In this document: positions 21,304 to 24,000 of the stretch, piece by piece
Numbering within the stretch: position 1 is the first letter of the stretch
Layout: every line of letters starts with the position of its first letter
NCBI GenBank assembly: GCA_963762455.1
Contig: CAVXKV010000002.1
Span: forward strand, 1,902 to 25,901
Reading direction: 5' to 3'
DNA from: Terriglobia bacterium
GTDB lineage: Bacteria > Acidobacteriota > Terriglobia > Bryobacterales > Bryobacteraceae
Length of the DNA: 24,000 nucleotides
Translations under genes and position numbers: made by a program
The notes under the pieces: generated by a model
What the model was told of the DNA's origin: nothing
The model's input: the letters and a program-made list of their open reading frames with translations, nothing else
Databases searched by the model: none

Positions 21304-24000
21304 TTGCCAAACAAGCTGAGAGCAGCCAGTATAGCTCTGTCTTTTGTTCTGATCATCGTTCCGGGGTTTGCGCAGCAGTTTAGCGCTACTATTTCGGGAC
21401 ACGTCCTCGATAGTTCCGGAAAGAGCATCCCAAACGCCCAAATTCAAGCAGTCAATCTAGCCAATAATGAAGTCGCATCGGCCAAGTCGGATGACTCGGG
21501 CGCTTATACGATTCCATTGCTGAAACCGGACGACTATCGTCTGACGATTACAGCACCGGGATTTAAACAGTACGTCCAGCCAAGATTGACTTTGACGGTG
21601 GGGCAAATAGCGGGAGTCGATGCAACTCTCGATATCGGACAAGTAAGTGAGCAGGTCGAAGTAACTGCCACACCGGAGTTGTTAGATACGCAGTCGGCAA
21701 GCGGCGGCGGGGTAGTAAACAGTTTGCAGGTGACAGAGTTGCCGTTGAACGCACGAAATCCGTTCATGCTGGGCAATATGATGTCGGGAGTTACCTTCAC
21801 CGGAGCGTCTATTTGGCAGCGGCCGTTCGATAACGGCGCTATTGCAGCTTGGGTGGTCAACGGCGGCTGGAACTCTAACAACGAGTTTCTGTTGGATGGA
21901 GCGCCGAATAACGCGCAGATGGGCAGTAACAACATCGCCTACGTGCCTATAGTCGACGCGGTTCAGGAATTTAGCGTTCAGCAAAATACCTATGACGCCC
22001 AATACGGGCACACGAGCGGCGGCATATTCAACACCGTGCTCAAGAGCGGCGGGTCGCAGTTCCACGGTGTCGGATGGGATTTTCTCCGCCGCACATGGCT
22101 GGATGCAAATACATTTCAGAACAACGCTGTCGGATCGCCCAAGACACAGCATTTTCTGAATCAATATGGCGGTCAGGTGTCCGGCCCGGTTTATATACCG
22201 AAGCTGCTAAAGAAAGACAGCAGCGTAAAGCTGTTCTATCTGGGCAGCTTTGAGAATTACCATGAGGGAACGCCGAATCCTCTGACGCTGAGCTATCCGG
22301 AACCGGATATGCGCACCGGCGATTTCAGCAAGCTCACGGACGCGAACGGTAACTTGATCAAGATCTACGATCCGCTTACCGCGAAGTATGATGCGAACGG
22401 CAATGAGATCAGCCCCAGGCAACAGTTTCCCGGAAACATCATTCCACAGAATCGCATTAGCCCCGTAGCTCTGGCTGTTACCAGGTACATGCCTTTGCCT
22501 AACACAACGAGCGTTGGCGCCGGTTATTCGTTTAATGACTTGCGCATTCCAAGTTACTCCGACACGGACCAGTTCTACAACTTAATTCTGAAGTTCGACT
22601 GGATGTTCGGCGACAAGGACCGAGTATTTGTCCGTCACGCATCGAACGACCGTACCGAAACCCGCTCGGATAACGGCATCGTCGGAAAGCCCGGTGAAAG
22701 CGGGCAATTGCCTTTCCAGAGGATCAACGATGCGTATGTTGTCGACTGGGTACGAACTATCAATCCAACCCTGGTCTCCGAGGTTCGGGTCTCTTATAAC
22801 CGTTTCATCGAGAAAGGTCTCGCGGCTGCCAGCTTAGGATTTAATCTTGCCAATCTGGATTTGCCGCAGTCACTGATCAACCAACTTCCGCAACCGGCGG
22901 GATTTGGGTACTGGCAATTTAACGGATATTCCAATATGGGCCGCAATCCCCAAGTTGGAAAGAACGTAACCGATGATTACGCTTTAAACGCAAACGTAAC
23001 GAAGGTTTGGGGCAATCACTCGGTTCATACGGGCGTCGATCTGCGCTGGAACCAGTACGCGGTTGACGACACTGGAAACATTCTGGCGTTTGCGGTCGAT
23101 AACAGCTTTACGGCCAATGATTGGCAACAGCCGAATGGCGTTAGCGGCAACAGCTATGCTTCGTTCTTGTTGGGCTATCAGAACGCGAACAACAGCGCCA
23201 CGACGAGCTCCAACTATCCTGCGTATCCGTTCTACAAACAATGGTACATCGCGCCATTCTTTCAAGACGACTGGAAAGTCAGTTCCAAGTTAACTCTTAA
23301 TCTCGGGCTTCGTTGGGACTACAATCTGCCGCCTTATGAAATTCACAATCGCCTGAACGGTGGGTTGAACACGAACACTCCCAGCCCGGTCTCGAGTCTT
23401 ATCTCTCCGGCAAATCTGGCACTTTATCCGCAACTTGCCGACCTGAAAGGCAGCATGACTTTTGCCGGGGTAAACGGCACGTCAAGTCTCGCGTCCGGCA
23501 TCCGCTGGAATAACATTCAACCGAGGGTTGGATTCGCCTACAAGATCACCGACAGGCTCGTGATGCGGGGCGGTTACGGGCGCTACTTCCTGAATCCCAC
23601 CAACGATTATCTGCAGAGCAACGGCTTCAGCAACAGTACGCCGCTCGTTAATTCGCTAGATGGGGGACGAACGCCAATATCCAATGTCATTGCGAACCCG
23701 TATCCAAACGGCATTAGCCCTCCGCCTGGAGCTTCGCTAGGGGCCTTGTCGTATGTGGGTCAAAGCTTTAGCTTCTTCAACCCGGATTTCAAGGTGCCGA
23801 GTTCCAGTCAGTTCTCCTTCGGTTTCCAGTATCAGGTCTCGAAGGCTTCCTTCCTCGAGGCGAAGTACGTAGGAAACTACATCATGAACTTGGAGACGAG
23901 TGCAAGCCAATTCAATGATATCGGTCTTGCAGACCGCCAAAAGTGCAACGTTCTGGAGGGTGGAAATGCAGGCTACTGTAATGCGCAAGTACCAAATCCA
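21304..24000 (+). CDS. TonB-dependent receptor with an N-terminal carboxypeptidase-regulatory-like domain; the 3' end is outside the window
   Basis: Absent from the ORF track because there is no stop before 24000. The frame opens after TGA 21289..21291. The start is TTG 21304, 6 nt after AAGGGGG. It reads LPNKLRAASIALSFVLIIVPGFAQQFSATISGHVLDSSGKSIPNAQIQAVNLANNEVASAKSDDSGAYTIPLLKPDDYRLTITAPGFKQY (CarboxypepD_reg). A plug-like segment follows (LQVTELPLNARNPF...FLLDGAPNN...VQEFSVQQNTYDAQYGHTSGGIFN), then beta-barrel-type repeats in an uninterrupted frame to 24000. Confidence 0.85.
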   Translation, partial: MPNKLRAASIALSFVLIIVPGFAQQFSATISGHVLDSSGKSIPNAQIQAVNLANNEVASAKSDDSGAYTIPLLKPDDYRLTITAPGFKQYVQPRLTLTVGQIAGVDATLDIGQVSEQVEVTATPELLDTQSASGGGVVNSLQVTELPLNARNPFMLGNMMSGVTFTGASIWQRPFDNGAIAAWVVNGGWNSNNEFLLDGAPNNAQMGSNNIAYVPIVDAVQEFSVQQNTYDAQYGHTSGGIFNTVLKSGGSQFHGVGWDFLRRTWLDANTFQNNAVGSPKTQHFLNQYGGQVSGPVYIPKLLKKDSSVKLFYLGSFENYHEGTPNPLTLSYPEPDMRTGDFSKLTDANGNLIKIYDPLTAKYDANGNEISPRQQFPGNIIPQNRISPVALAVTRYMPLPNTTSVGAGYSFNDLRIPSYSDTDQFYNLILKFDWMFGDKDRVFVRHASNDRTETRSDNGIVGKPGESGQLPFQRINDAYVVDWVRTINPTLVSEVRVSYNRFIEKGLAAASLGFNLANLDLPQSLINQLPQPAGFGYWQFNGYSNMGRNPQVGKNVTDDYALNANVTKVWGNHSVHTGVDLRWNQYAVDDTGNILAFAVDNSFTANDWQQPNGVSGNSYASFLLGYQNANNSATTSSNYPAYPFYKQWYIAPFFQDDWKVSSKLTLNLGLRWDYNLPPYEIHNRLNGGLNTNTPSPVSSLISPANLALYPQLADLKGSMTFAGVNGTSSLASGIRWNNIQPRVGFAYKITDRLVMRGGYGRYFLNPTNDYLQSNGFSNSTPLVNSLDGGRTPISNVIANPYPNGISPPPGASLGALSYVGQSFSFFNPDFKVPSSSQFSFGFQYQVSKASFLEAKYVGNYIMNLETSASQFNDIGLADRQKCNVLEGGNAGYCNAQVPNP

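Noticed and set aside
2578-22164. Long antisense or out-of-frame track ORFs
   Set aside because: Examples are 2578..3000 (-), 3805..4281 (-), 8352..8841 (+), 10201..10656 (-), 10800..11285 (-), 13025..13510 (+), 13104..13568 (-), 16686..17213 (-), 17306..17668 (+), 18350..19075 (-), 20297..20767 (+), 20668..21132 (+) and 21534..22164 (-). All lie inside well-supported genes on the other strand or in another frame. They have the Arg/Pro/Ser/Ala-rich composition typical of shadow ORFs in GC-rich DNA.
1-24000. Search for tRNA, rRNA or known riboswitch signatures, integrases, and defence-system hallmark genes (cas, restriction-modification, toxin-antitoxin pairs)
   Set aside because: I saw no T-arm (GGTTCGAATCC-like) or cloverleaf candidates, no B12-box in the receptor leader, and no integrase or recombinase ORF. 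No ORF pair had TA-like size and organisation.

Overview
This is a 24-kb bacterial window of moderate-to-high GC. The gene content suggests Acidobacteriota: a PEP-CTERM protein, a CarboxypepD_reg-type TonB-dependent receptor, a PadR-coupled membrane protein and DUF2339. That taxonomic call is inference only. Both ends look like ordinary chromosome. The left end (1-4.5 kb) holds a wHTH regulator, two secreted unknowns, a SAM methyltransferase and a PEP-CTERM protein. The right end (13.8-24 kb) holds alkB, two alpha/beta-hydrolase esterases, a cNMP-binding TrxR-like flavoprotein, an RDD plus DUF2339 membrane pair and a TonB-dependent receptor that runs off the right edge. The centre (about 4.5-13.2 kb) is a decayed accessory patch. 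It contains a frameshifted IS5/IS1182-like transposase, a heavily degraded IS256-family transposase, a twice-frameshifted S41 peptidase pseudogene and a PadR regulator translationally coupled to a membrane-anchored PAF-acetylhydrolase-like enzyme. It also contains six copies of a perfect 16-mer (GATGCTGTTGAAAAAC and its complement), arranged as three convergent pairs. One pair bounds an intact foldback (MITE-like) element of about 160-200 bp, one is split by the IS256 remnant, and one brackets the IS5/IS1182-like transposase together with an alpha/beta hydrolase gene. The most interesting single ORF is at 13223..13756 (-), at the edge of this patch and just downstream of alkB. It carries an H-S-E ... 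P-C-x3-C pattern with spacing like toxin-type nucleic-acid deaminases (DddA/SCP1.201-like). It has no delivery domain and no recognisable immunity gene. All functional calls rest on motif recognition by eye; no database search was run.
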